Source of the DNA: an uncultured delta proteobacterium
Lineage (GTDB): Bacteria; Myxococcota_A; Polyangia; Polyangiales; Polyangiaceae
Length of the DNA stretch: 64,000 nucleotides
NCBI GenBank assembly: GCA_963841435.1
Contig: CAWJCS010000005.1
Location: 32,001 to 96,000, forward strand
Reading direction: 5' to 3'
A program made the position numbers and the translations under genes. Position 1 is the stretch's first letter. Every line of letters starts with the position of its first letter. Below are positions 26,743 to 38,785 of the stretch, piece by piece. The notes under the pieces are model-generated. The model saw nothing but the letters and a program-made list of their open reading frames with translations. It was not told where the DNA came from and ran no database searches.

Positions 26743-28005
26743 ATGGCTCGCTCGCTCCCTGGTCTTGGCTGGTCGCTCCTCGGGGCGTCGCTCGTCCTAC
26801 TCTCCTGCGGCGGCCGCTACGACGTCGGGGACAAGGGCGACGGCGGCACGGGAGGCATGGAAGCCGGCGCCGGCGGCTCCGACGCGAACGGCGGCTCGAA
26901 GGCCACCGGTGGCGGCGCCGGCAACGCCGCCGGTGGGAGCGGCGGCGAAACGGCGGGCAGCTCCGGCGAGACGGGCGGCCGGGGCGGCACCTCGAGCTCC
27001 ACGGGGGGCTCGGGCATCGGTGGCGGCACGGGCGGCGACACGGGCGGCACGGGAACGAGTGGCAGCGCAGGGGCTCCGATGACGGGCGGCGCGGCGGGCA
27101 TGCCAACCCCCACGACGTGCGGCGTCGAGCAGGCTTCCCTCGAGTACGGCGAGCTCGCCGCGCCCGACGAAGTCTACCGCCGCATCAGCCGCCTCCTCTA
27201 CGACGAGGAGCGCGACCCGCCCGCCGACTTACCCGAGGTGACGACGCCGGAGCTCGCGAGCACCCTGTTGGTAAACGAGCTCGAGGCGATCCGCTCGGTC
27301 AGTACGCCACCGGACGGGCTCGCTCGGTTCATGCAGGGCTATCTCGCGGCGGAGGGAGAGGACCCGGCCCTCGGCGAGCGCTGGGGGCGCTTGTTGGCCG
27401 AGGAAAATTCCATGCTCTGGTCGCTCTTCACGTCGCCCGCGAGCGAACCCGATGAGTTCGGGCTGTTCTCCGACGTGGCGCGGCTCCGTCCGGGGATCTC
27501 CGGGCGGGGCACCGTTCTTTCCAACTCCCTTTTCTGTACGGGAGTTCCGGCGCCGCCCGTCAACATCGCGCCGATCGTGCCCGGCCCGGACCAAACTCGG
27601 CGCGAGGCGCTCGAAGAAGACGTGGCCAGCCCCACGTGCGCCGGGTGCCATGCCCTCACCGATCCACTCGGCTATGCCCTCGAGATCCTCGCGCCCGAGA
27701 CGGCCGAGCTTCGCAGCACCGACAACGGGCAGCCGATCGACGCCTCCGGCAGGTACAGCTCGGTGGGCGGCAGCTACTTCGTCTTCCAGGACATCCGCCA
27801 GCTGTCGGGCGAGCTTTCCACGTCCTGCGAGGTGGGCGCGTGCTTCGCGAGCCAGCTCTTTTCCTACGCTCTCGCCGCGGGGAACGGCGGCGACTACGGC
27901 CAGGAGGAGCTCGACCAAGTGCTGTTCGCCTTCGGCAGCGGCAATGCGTTCCGCCTCGAATCGCTGCTACTCGCCATCGTCGAGTCACCCTCCTTCCTCC
28001 GTTGA
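26743..28005 (+). CDS. Gly-linker lipoprotein with DUF1588 (PSCyt2-like, CxxCH) and DUF1585-like C-terminus
   Basis: Lipobox LLSC; RG...LFC..VPAPP, TRRE, CAGCH..TDPLGYALE, IDASG, CFASQLFSYAL; clearly similar to the C-terminal half of 48277..50100. Confidence 0.8.
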   Translation: MARSLPGLGWSLLGASLVLLSCGGRYDVGDKGDGGTGGMEAGAGGSDANGGSKATGGGAGNAAGGSGGETAGSSGETGGRGGTSSSTGGSGIGGGTGGDTGGTGTSGSAGAPMTGGAAGMPTPTTCGVEQASLEYGELAAPDEVYRRISRLLYDEERDPPADLPEVTTPELASTLLVNELEAIRSVSTPPDGLARFMQGYLAAEGEDPALGERWGRLLAEENSMLWSLFTSPASEPDEFGLFSDVARLRPGISGRGTVLSNSLFCTGVPAPPVNIAPIVPGPDQTRREALEEDVASPTCAGCHALTDPLGYALEILAPETAELRSTDNGQPIDASGRYSSVGGSYFVFQDIRQLSGELSTSCEVGACFASQLFSYALAAGNGGDYGQEELDQVLFAFGSGNAFRLESLLLAIVESPSFLR

Positions 28006-28031
28006 GAACGGCGGCGGGGTATGCTCGACGC

Positions 28032-28622
28032 GTGCGGGAGATCGATCTCGAGGCGGTGCCTGTCCCGAGTCAACACGAGCGGGACACCGCGACTTCCGCA
28101 GCGCTCTCGCTCGACGCCGTCTACCGCGCGCACGCGGCGCTCGTCTCGCGCTGGATCGAGCGGCTCGATCCGCAAGGTGACGCCGAGGATCTGCTGCACG
28201 ACGTGTTCATGGTCGTCCAGCGGCGTCTGCCGGAGTTCCGTGGGGACGCAGCGATCACGACGTTCCTCTACGCCATCACCTTGCGCGTCGTCACGGGAGC
28301 CCGCCGCAAGCGCCGTCTCCGAAGCGTGCTCTTCGCGGCGCTCTCGCCCCTGCTACGCGAAGCAGAGAAGGATCCGCGCACTCCGGAGCGCTCCGTGGCG
28401 AGCGACCGCACCCGGGCCCTGCTCTACGAGCTACTCGACGAGCTCGGCGAAAGGGATCGAACCTTGCTGATCCTTTTCGAGCTCGAGGAGCTGCCGGGAC
28501 GCGAGATCGCGAGCTTATTGGGCATGCCGGAAAAGAACCTGTGGGCCGCTCTGCACCGCGCGCGACAGCGGCTGCGCCGCGCGTACGTCGCGCGCTACGG
28601 CGAGGAGGGCGGCGAGCCGTGA
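28032..28622 (+). CDS. ECF RNA polymerase sigma factor
   Basis: Region 2 DAEDLLHDVF...FRGDA...FLYAI; region 4 LFELEELPGREIASLLG...LHRARQRL; GTG start 6 nt after TATGCT. Confidence 0.88.
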   Translation: MREIDLEAVPVPSQHERDTATSAALSLDAVYRAHAALVSRWIERLDPQGDAEDLLHDVFMVVQRRLPEFRGDAAITTFLYAITLRVVTGARRKRRLRSVLFAALSPLLREAEKDPRTPERSVASDRTRALLYELLDELGERDRTLLILFELEELPGREIASLLGMPEKNLWAALHRARQRLRRAYVARYGEEGGEP

Positions 28623-29581
28623 GGGCCGGGAGCGACGGCACCCCGCCCCCTCTCGGCGGCAGCTCGGGCAGCGACGCGGCCATGGGGCGCCTCGCCGAGC
28701 TGTTTCGGGCGGCGCCCGAGCCTTCGGGGCTCCCGCCGGCGGCCCTCGCGCGCGTGCGGCACCGCCTGCTCGACGCGAGCCGCGGCTCCGGCGCGTCCTC
28801 GCGGCGGCGCCTGCTTTCCTTCGCGCTCGCAGGCGCCGCGCTTGCTCTCGCCGGCGGCGCGCTCGCGCGCTTCGCGCTCGCGCCCCCAACCGAGCCCCGA
28901 CCAGCGCTCTCGCAAGCCTCGAGCGAGGCACCGCCGAGCGAGCAAGCGCGACCCGTGCGCGTGGCGCGACACGCCGACATGCCGGAGCCAGGTGCGGACC
29001 CGAAGCCTGCGCCGAGCGCCGCCCCCGTCGTCAGGGCGGTCCCGGCGGTGTCGGGCCCCAGTGTGCCGACCGAAAGCGCGCTCTCGGCCGAAACGACCGC
29101 CCTCGAGCCGGCGCTCAGGGCCCTGCGCGGCCGGCACGACGCGAACGCGGCGCTGGCCGCGCTCGACGCGTACGACGCGGCATTTCCCCACGGCCTGCTC
29201 GCGCTCGACGCTCGCGTGGCGCGCGTCGATGCGAACCTCTTGCTCGGGCGCCGCGCGGCGGCGCTCGCCGTGCTCGAAACCTTGCCGCTCGGGCGCGTCG
29301 GGCGGGGGCTCGAGCTCCGGCTCGTACGCGCGGAGCTCACGGCCGACCACGATTGCCGGGGGGCGCTGCCGGATTTCGACGCGGTGCTCGCGACGGCGCC
29401 CACGCCGGCGCTCGAAGAGCGCGCGCTCTACGGGCGAGCAGCCTGCCGGCGAAAGCTCGGCGATGTCTCGGGCGAGCACGCCGACGTGGCGCGCTACCTC
29501 GAACGCTACCCGAACGGACGCTTCGCTTCGCCGCTACGCGAAAGCCAGGCCGTGGCAGCCCCCGCCGCGACGGACCGCTGA
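28619..29581 (+). CDS. Putative anti-sigma factor: single TM, Pro/Ala-rich linker, periplasmic TPR-like domain
   Basis: GTGA overlap with the sigma gene; TM LLSFALAGAALALAGGALA; YDAAFPHG and YLERYPNGRFA TPR-like ends. Confidence 0.72.
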   Translation: MRAGSDGTPPPLGGSSGSDAAMGRLAELFRAAPEPSGLPPAALARVRHRLLDASRGSGASSRRRLLSFALAGAALALAGGALARFALAPPTEPRPALSQASSEAPPSEQARPVRVARHADMPEPGADPKPAPSAAPVVRAVPAVSGPSVPTESALSAETTALEPALRALRGRHDANAALAALDAYDAAFPHGLLALDARVARVDANLLLGRRAAALAVLETLPLGRVGRGLELRLVRAELTADHDCRGALPDFDAVLATAPTPALEERALYGRAACRRKLGDVSGEHADVARYLERYPNGRFASPLRESQAVAAPAATDR

Positions 29582-29594
29582 CCCACAGCGGAGC

Positions 29595-29957
29595 TCAAAA
29601 CGAGCAAACGTTGACGCTCGGGTGCGCGCGACAGTAGCTCGCAACGCAATCGAGATAGGCCGTCACCTCGTCCGAGCACGCCGTGGGCGCCGTGCAGATG
29701 TCGTCGAGCTTCGCCGTGCACGCGAGCGAGCTCACGTAGAGCGGCTTGCAGTCGGTGCCGATGGCCCGCACGTCCTCGCCGAGGCAATTCTCCTCACAGC
29801 GTAAATCCTCGGAGTGTGGACAGCGCGCGGACTTGCCCTTCTCGCAGAGCCCAACACAATCAACGTCTTCCTCGCCGTTCGAGCTCTCACCACCACACGA
29901 AAGCGCCGCCCCCGCGACGAACAACAGGCACGCGACCACTCGACGCCCGACCACCAC
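29595..29957 (-). CDS. Small Cys-rich lipoprotein
   Basis: Lipobox ALSC, then 12 Cys in ~90 aa; TGC-TAGCCT 7 nt upstream of the GTG. Confidence 0.7.
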   Translation of the reverse strand: MVVGRRVVACLLFVAGAALSCGGESSNGEEDVDCVGLCEKGKSARCPHSEDLRCEENCLGEDVRAIGTDCKPLYVSSLACTAKLDDICTAPTACSDEVTAYLDCVASYCRAHPSVNVCSF

Positions 29958-30095
29958 GTGAGCCAGGCTAGCATGCCGGCCGGGAGCTCTCGAACGTCGC
30001 GCCCCGGGCGGAAAAACGGGCGCGAGCAGGCCTCCCCCCTGGCGTGGCCCCCCTCGACGGACTAGGTTCCGCGGGGTCTTGCGGCCAAAACCACG

Positions 30096-33195
<3,100 letters not shown>

Positions 33196-33331
33196 CGAAA
33201 GTCCGCGCTTCGCGCGGGTCTCCGAGAAGCCGGCGAATAAACCGCGGCTCGCCGCCGTCGACGAGCGCCATGGGGACGTAGCGCTTCGACTCTCAATCCC
33301 CTCGCCCCGCGTGGTACGCCTTCGTGCCCGG

Positions 33332-34333
33332 ATGATCGAAGCGCGGCATTTGACGAAGGATTACGGCACCGTCGTGGCCGTGCGCGACGTGTCGTTCGAG
33401 GTCGGCAAGGGTGAGATCGTCGGCTTTCTGGGGCCGAACGGCGCGGGAAAAACCACGACGCTACGCATCCTGGCCGGATTCTTGGGAGCCACGGAGGGCA
33501 GCGCGTCGATCGGTGGTTTCGACATAGCGACGGACTCGCTCCGCGCGCGCGCCCAGCTCGGCTACATGCCGGAGGCGGCGCCGCTCTACCCCGAGCTTCG
33601 CGTGCGCGAGTATCTCGCGTTTCGCGCCGAGCTCAAGCGCGTGCCGCGACGGGAGCGGCGCCGCGCCGTCGACCGCTCGCTCGAGCAGGCGGCGGTCGCC
33701 GACGTCGCGGAGACGCCCATCGGGCACCTGTCGAAGGGGTATCGGCAGCGGGTCGCGCTCGCCGACGCGCTCGTGTCGTCGCCGCCGCTGCTCATCCTGG
33801 ACGAGCCGACCGCGGGGCTCGACCCCAATCAAATCGTCGAGGTAAGAAAGCTGATTCGCGAGCTCGGCGAGAGCCACACCATCCTCTTGTCGACGCACAT
33901 CCTCCCGGAGGTCGAGGCCGTGTGCGACCGCGCGCTCGTCATCGCGCGCGGGCGGCTCGTCGCCGAGGGCACGCTCGCCGAGCTCAAGGAGCGGCGGCGC
34001 GGCCGCGAGCTCATCGTCGTCGCGCGCGGCGAAGGGGCGAAGCTCGAGGCGGCGCTCCACGACATCGCCGGCGTCGCCCGTGCCTCGTTCGAGCCCGTTT
34101 TCGACGATGCCGCGCTCGTCACCATCAGCGTGGAGCTCGACGAGACGAGCGAGCCGGGGAGCGCGGCGGAGCGCGTCGTTTCGGCGCTCGTCGCGGCTGG
34201 AGCCGGCGTGCAGAGCGTGACGGCGCGCCGCGCCTCGCTCGAGGAGGTGTTCCACGAGCTCACGGCGAATGATGCGCCGCCGCCGCCCGCCGACGGATCG
34301 GAGAAAGCGGACGGATCGGAGCCAGCCCCGTGA
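33332..34333 (+). CDS. ABC transporter ATP-binding protein (GldA-like)
   Basis: GPNGAGKTT, LSKGYRQR, ILDEPTAGLDPNQ, STH. Confidence 0.92.
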   Translation: MIEARHLTKDYGTVVAVRDVSFEVGKGEIVGFLGPNGAGKTTTLRILAGFLGATEGSASIGGFDIATDSLRARAQLGYMPEAAPLYPELRVREYLAFRAELKRVPRRERRRAVDRSLEQAAVADVAETPIGHLSKGYRQRVALADALVSSPPLLILDEPTAGLDPNQIVEVRKLIRELGESHTILLSTHILPEVEAVCDRALVIARGRLVAEGTLAELKERRRGRELIVVARGEGAKLEAALHDIAGVARASFEPVFDDAALVTISVELDETSEPGSAAERVVSALVAAGAGVQSVTARRASLEEVFHELTANDAPPPPADGSEKADGSEPAP

Positions 34334-35079
34334 GCGGATTTCTGGGCGTCTACCGGCGCGAGATGCTGAGCCTCTGGGTGACGCCGCTCGCCTGGGTGCT
34401 GCTCGTGGTGTTCTTGCTGCTCCAGGGCGGGATTTTCTACGCCATCGTCGTCCACTTCTCGAGCCTCGCCGACCTCGCCGTCGAGACGGGGCCGATCCAG
34501 GCGTACTTCGGGCAGGAGTCGGTGTTCTTGCTGATGACGCTCCTGCTCGTGTGCCCGGCGCTCACGATGCGCGCCTTCGCCGAGGAGCGGCGCAGCGGCA
34601 CCATCGAGACGCTGCTCACGGCGCCCGTCACGCCCGCGGGGGTGGTGCTCGGGAAATACGCGGCCGTGCTCACCACCTACGCGGCGCTGTGGGCTCCGAC
34701 GTTTCTCTACGTGCTCGTGCTCCGCAAGACGGGCTCGGTAGACTACGGCAGCGTGCTCTCGAGCTACATCGGGCTCTTCGGCATCGGCGCGAGCTACCTG
34801 GCGCTCGGCACGCTGATGAGCGCGATGTCGAAGAGTCAGCTCGTCGCGCTGCTCCTCTCGATCTTCGCGCAATTCGGCCTGTTCGTGCTCGGCGTCGGCG
34901 AGTACGTGTTCGGCCCGGGGCTGCTCCACGAGGTCTCTGCGCACGTGTCCATGGCGTCGCAGATGGAGGAGATGTCGCGCGGCATCGTCGATCTACGGCG
35001 CCTCGCGTTCGACGGCTCCGTCACCGTCACGAGCCTGTTCCTCACGACGCGCGTCGTCGACTCGTGGAGGTGGGGGTGA
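34330..35079 (+). CDS. ABC-2 permease (GldF-like)
   Basis: TMRAFAEERRSGTIETLLTAP...VLGKY; ~6 TM segments; overlaps both neighbours. Confidence 0.88.
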   Translation: MSGFLGVYRREMLSLWVTPLAWVLLVVFLLLQGGIFYAIVVHFSSLADLAVETGPIQAYFGQESVFLLMTLLLVCPALTMRAFAEERRSGTIETLLTAPVTPAGVVLGKYAAVLTTYAALWAPTFLYVLVLRKTGSVDYGSVLSSYIGLFGIGASYLALGTLMSAMSKSQLVALLLSIFAQFGLFVLGVGEYVFGPGLLHEVSAHVSMASQMEEMSRGIVDLRRLAFDGSVTVTSLFLTTRVVDSWRWG

Positions 35080-36608
35080 CCCACCCGAGCATGCCTCGCG
35101 GCAGGAAAGCGCTGTCGGCGCTGGGCGTCACCGCCGCCGTCGTGATCGCCGTGAACGTCAACGTGCTCGTGTCGCGGTTCTACACGCGCTGGGACCTCAC
35201 GAGCGAAGGCCTCTACACGCTCTCGACCGCGACCAAGAGCATCCTGGGCGGCCTCGGGGAAACGCTCAGCGTCACGGTGCTGCTCGCGCGCACCGATCCC
35301 TTGCTGCCTCCCGTGCGCCAGATGCTCGTCGCCTACGGCGCGGAGACACACCGCCTGGACGTGCGCACGGTGGACCCTGAGCAGAGCCCCGCGGAGTTTC
35401 TCGCCGTGCAGCAGAAGTACGGCATCGTGGCGGGCAAGGCCGAGGACGGCCGCGTCGTCACCGACGCCGTCGTGATCATCGCGCGTGGCGACCGCGTGTG
35501 GTTCCTGACGGCCGACGAGCTCGGCACGCTCGACGACGAGGGTCGCGGCCGCCCGCGGCTCGAGCAGGCGCTCACCGAGGGCATCGCCAACGTGCTCGCG
35601 GGCGACAAGGCGAAGGTGTGCTTCGCCACGGGCCACGGCGAAACGTCGATCGACGACGTCGGGCCGGACGGCCTCGCGGAGCTCAGGCGGAGGCTCGAGA
35701 AGAACAACTACGACCCCGTGCCGCTCGATCTCACGCGTTCGGACGCCGAACGCGAGCTTGCGAGCTGCCGTTTGCTCGTCATCGTGTCGCCAGCGGTGCC
35801 GTACGGTGCGGACGCCGCCGCGCGCGCCCAGCGCTACCTCACGGCAGGCGGGAGCGGCCTTTTGATGCTGGGCCCGCTCTTCGGCGACGATCGGCGCGTC
35901 ACGGCTTCCGGCCTCGAGGGGGTCACCGAGCCCTTCGGCATCGGGCTCGCGCGAACGATCGTGCTCGAGGCCGATCCGAGTCTCAGGCTCCCGCGGGGCG
36001 CAGGTGAGGTCTTCTTCGCGACGCCCATCGAGCACGCGACGACGCGCGGTCTCGTGCTGCCGGGCGGCAAGGTGGAGATCCGCGTCGTCATGAGCGAGAC
36101 GAGGAGCCTCGACTTGTCCCCGTCGGGTGCCGCAAAGCCCATCCTGAAGTCGAGCAGCGAGGCGTACGCGCTCGAGGACGTCCAGAGCGTGCTTAAGGGC
36201 CACGGCGTTCCCCCGGACGCGCGCGGCGCCGAGCGCGTGCTCGGGGCCGCCGCCGAGCTCGAAAAGCCACCCGCTCGAAAAGAAGCCCCCCACGGGCCGC
36301 GGCTCGTCGTTTTCGGCAGCGCGGGACCGAGCTTCGGGCGCAGCTTTCGCGACCCGGCACTCGTCGGCGACCGGCTGCTCGTCGAGAACGCTCTGGCCTG
36401 GGCCGCCGCGCGACCGGCAATCGTGAGCGTCCCCGAGAAGCCCGCACGCGAGGTAGGGCTGGCGCTCACGGAGGAATCGCTCGGCGAGGTCCTGCGTTAC
36501 GTGCTCGTGTTCATGCCGGCGACCGCGGGGCTCTTCGGCGTCATGATTTTCATGCGCCGCCGCGCACGGGAAAAGAGCTCCCGTGCGACCGCACGAGGAT
36601 CGGCGTGA
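35076..36608 (+). CDS. GldG-like ABC-associated periplasmic protein
   Basis: RWDLTSEGLYTLS, VDP, FATGHGE; N- and C-terminal TM segments. Confidence 0.85.
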   Translation: MTHPSMPRGRKALSALGVTAAVVIAVNVNVLVSRFYTRWDLTSEGLYTLSTATKSILGGLGETLSVTVLLARTDPLLPPVRQMLVAYGAETHRLDVRTVDPEQSPAEFLAVQQKYGIVAGKAEDGRVVTDAVVIIARGDRVWFLTADELGTLDDEGRGRPRLEQALTEGIANVLAGDKAKVCFATGHGETSIDDVGPDGLAELRRRLEKNNYDPVPLDLTRSDAERELASCRLLVIVSPAVPYGADAAARAQRYLTAGGSGLLMLGPLFGDDRRVTASGLEGVTEPFGIGLARTIVLEADPSLRLPRGAGEVFFATPIEHATTRGLVLPGGKVEIRVVMSETRSLDLSPSGAAKPILKSSSEAYALEDVQSVLKGHGVPPDARGAERVLGAAAELEKPPARKEAPHGPRLVVFGSAGPSFGRSFRDPALVGDRLLVENALAWAAARPAIVSVPEKPAREVGLALTEESLGEVLRYVLVFMPATAGLFGVMIFMRRRAREKSSRATARGSA

Positions 36609-38758
36609 AGCTTGGCCGCACCGAGATCGCGAGCCTTTCACTGGGCGCGCTCGCGCTCGCGAGTGTCGTGGCGGTCGTCGCGACGCGAAACGAGCCGACG
36701 ACTCAGGAACTCAAGGAGCGCGACAAGAACCTGTTGCCGGTCTTTCGCAAGGAGACGGTGACCGAGCTCTCGATCCGACACGGTGACACGAAGCTCGTCT
36801 TCTTGCGCTCGAACGAAGGCGGCGAGACCGGCTTCCGCGCTGACGCCGTCGGCGCCGTCGATGCCGCCGCCGTGGAGCGGATCCTCGACACGCTCGCCTT
36901 CGCAACGCCTTTGCGTCGGCTCGACAACGCCGATGCGGGGTCGCTCGGAGTCGACGCACCGCGCGCCACGCTCGAGCTCGCCTCGCCCGACGCGAGCTAC
37001 CGGCTCGCGCTCGGAAAGCCCGCCCCCGCGCCGACCGGTGCCGCCTACGTCGCCGTTTCCGGCTCAGCCACGGAGCCTTTCGTCGCCGTGGTGCCCGACG
37101 ACGTCGTGGCGGTGTTTCTCACCACGGCCGGCGACGTGCGCGACCCCACGCTCGTCCGGCTCGGTGAAAGAGACATCGCCGAGCTGACGCTCGAGCGCCC
37201 CGACAGCAGCCTCAGGCTCGTCCGCGGCAAGAACGACACCTTCCGCATCGACGGCGGCGAACGGGCGAGCCGCGACGCGCTCGAGCCGCTCTGGCACGCC
37301 CTCTCCGAGCTTCGGGCCACACGCTTTGTCGAGCTCGGCGAAGCGGAGCGGGCGCGCGGCACGGAGGCGCGCACCGTGGTCCACCTCGTGCCGCGCGAGG
37401 CCGCGACCCCCAGGCTCACGGTCGAGGTCGGCGGCACGTGCCCCAGCGCGAAGGACGACACCGTGGTCATCGTGCGCGAAAAGGCCGTGCGCGCCGCGTG
37501 CGTTGCCACACGCGGGCTCGCCCCGTTTTCGCTGGACCGGGCGGCGGTCGTCGACGACATGCCCTTTTCGGCGAAGATTGACGAGGTCGAAACCCTGACG
37601 CTCGCGCGCGGCGACCGAAAGCTCGTGCTCACGCGTCGCGGTACGAGCTTCCTGTTGCGCGAGCCCGCCTCCGCCGAGGTGGATCTCGACGCAGGCAACC
37701 AGCGGCTGTCGGCCGTCGCGAAGGCACGCGGCGAGGTCGTCACCAAGCCCGACCTCGGCCGTCTCGGCCTCGCGACCCCGGGCGACCGCGCGACCCTCAC
37801 CGTGGTCGGCAAGGACGACCGCGCGCACGACGAGGTCGTCACGATCGGGCGGACCGAAGCGGACGGCAGCTTGCCCGTGCGCCGCGCCGACGACGGCGTC
37901 GTACTGAGGCTCACGCGCGAGGCGGCGCGCGCCTTCGCCGTGGACTCGACGCTGCTCCGCAGCCGGCGCCTACTCGACTTCTCGCTTTCGGCGCTCGTCG
38001 AGCTCGAGCTGTCCCAGCCGGAGCATCAGCTTCTGCGCCGCGCGCCGAACGGCTTCGAGCTCGTCGCGCCGCCCGGCTTCGGCGCCGACGGCGAGCTTGC
38101 GACCAACGCCGTGCTCGGGCTCGGCTCGCTCACGGCGCTCGGCTTCGTCGCCGATGCCGACGACGGCAGCTTCGGGCTCGCGACCCCGAGGCTCACGGCG
38201 CACGTGCGCTTCGATCCGGGCGACGCCGGCAGCGGGGAGCGCACGCTCGTGGTCGGAGCGACCGCGCCGGGCGGCTACTACGCGAGCTTTTCCGGACAAC
38301 CCGGCGTGTTCCTCGTCGAGCGCGCCGTCGTGGAGCGTCTCGAGACACTGCTCGTCGATCGCTCGGCGCTCATGGCGGACGAAAACTCGCTCGCTCGCGT
38401 CGTGCTCACTCACGCTGGCAAGCGACTCGTCTTCGAGCGCCGCGGCGACGAGCTCTTGCCGGCTCCCGGCACGAATCTCGAGCCCAGCGTGGCGACCGAG
38501 GCGCTCGAAGCCCTGGGCGCGCTGCGCGCCGAGGCCGCACTGCACACGGGCAAAGCATTGCCGAGCGAGGGCTTCGTGGAGCCGGCGTTGGACGCGCGCG
38601 TCGAGCCCGTCGCCGCGGGCGGCAAAGTGCGCCACTTTCGCGTCGGCGCCCCCGAGGTGTTCCGGGGCCTCTCCGTGCGCTACGCGCGCGCCGACGACAT
38701 CGACGCGACCTTCGTGGTGCTCGAGTCGAAGCTCCGTCCGCTGCTCGACCTGTTCTGA
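36605..38758 (+). CDS. DUF4340-like repeated-domain membrane-anchored protein
   Basis: N-terminal TM; repeated (L/F)G(L/V)xxP...L.(L/I/V)G units; position after GldG. Confidence 0.72.
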   Translation: MKLGRTEIASLSLGALALASVVAVVATRNEPTTQELKERDKNLLPVFRKETVTELSIRHGDTKLVFLRSNEGGETGFRADAVGAVDAAAVERILDTLAFATPLRRLDNADAGSLGVDAPRATLELASPDASYRLALGKPAPAPTGAAYVAVSGSATEPFVAVVPDDVVAVFLTTAGDVRDPTLVRLGERDIAELTLERPDSSLRLVRGKNDTFRIDGGERASRDALEPLWHALSELRATRFVELGEAERARGTEARTVVHLVPREAATPRLTVEVGGTCPSAKDDTVVIVREKAVRAACVATRGLAPFSLDRAAVVDDMPFSAKIDEVETLTLARGDRKLVLTRRGTSFLLREPASAEVDLDAGNQRLSAVAKARGEVVTKPDLGRLGLATPGDRATLTVVGKDDRAHDEVVTIGRTEADGSLPVRRADDGVVLRLTREAARAFAVDSTLLRSRRLLDFSLSALVELELSQPEHQLLRRAPNGFELVAPPGFGADGELATNAVLGLGSLTALGFVADADDGSFGLATPRLTAHVRFDPGDAGSGERTLVVGATAPGGYYASFSGQPGVFLVERAVVERLETLLVDRSALMADENSLARVVLTHAGKRLVFERRGDELLPAPGTNLEPSVATEALEALGALRAEAALHTGKALPSEGFVEPALDARVEPVAAGGKVRHFRVGAPEVFRGLSVRYARADDIDATFVVLESKLRPLLDLF

Positions 38759-38785
38759 GCTGGCGCGGGCGCCCCGTGGCGCGGT

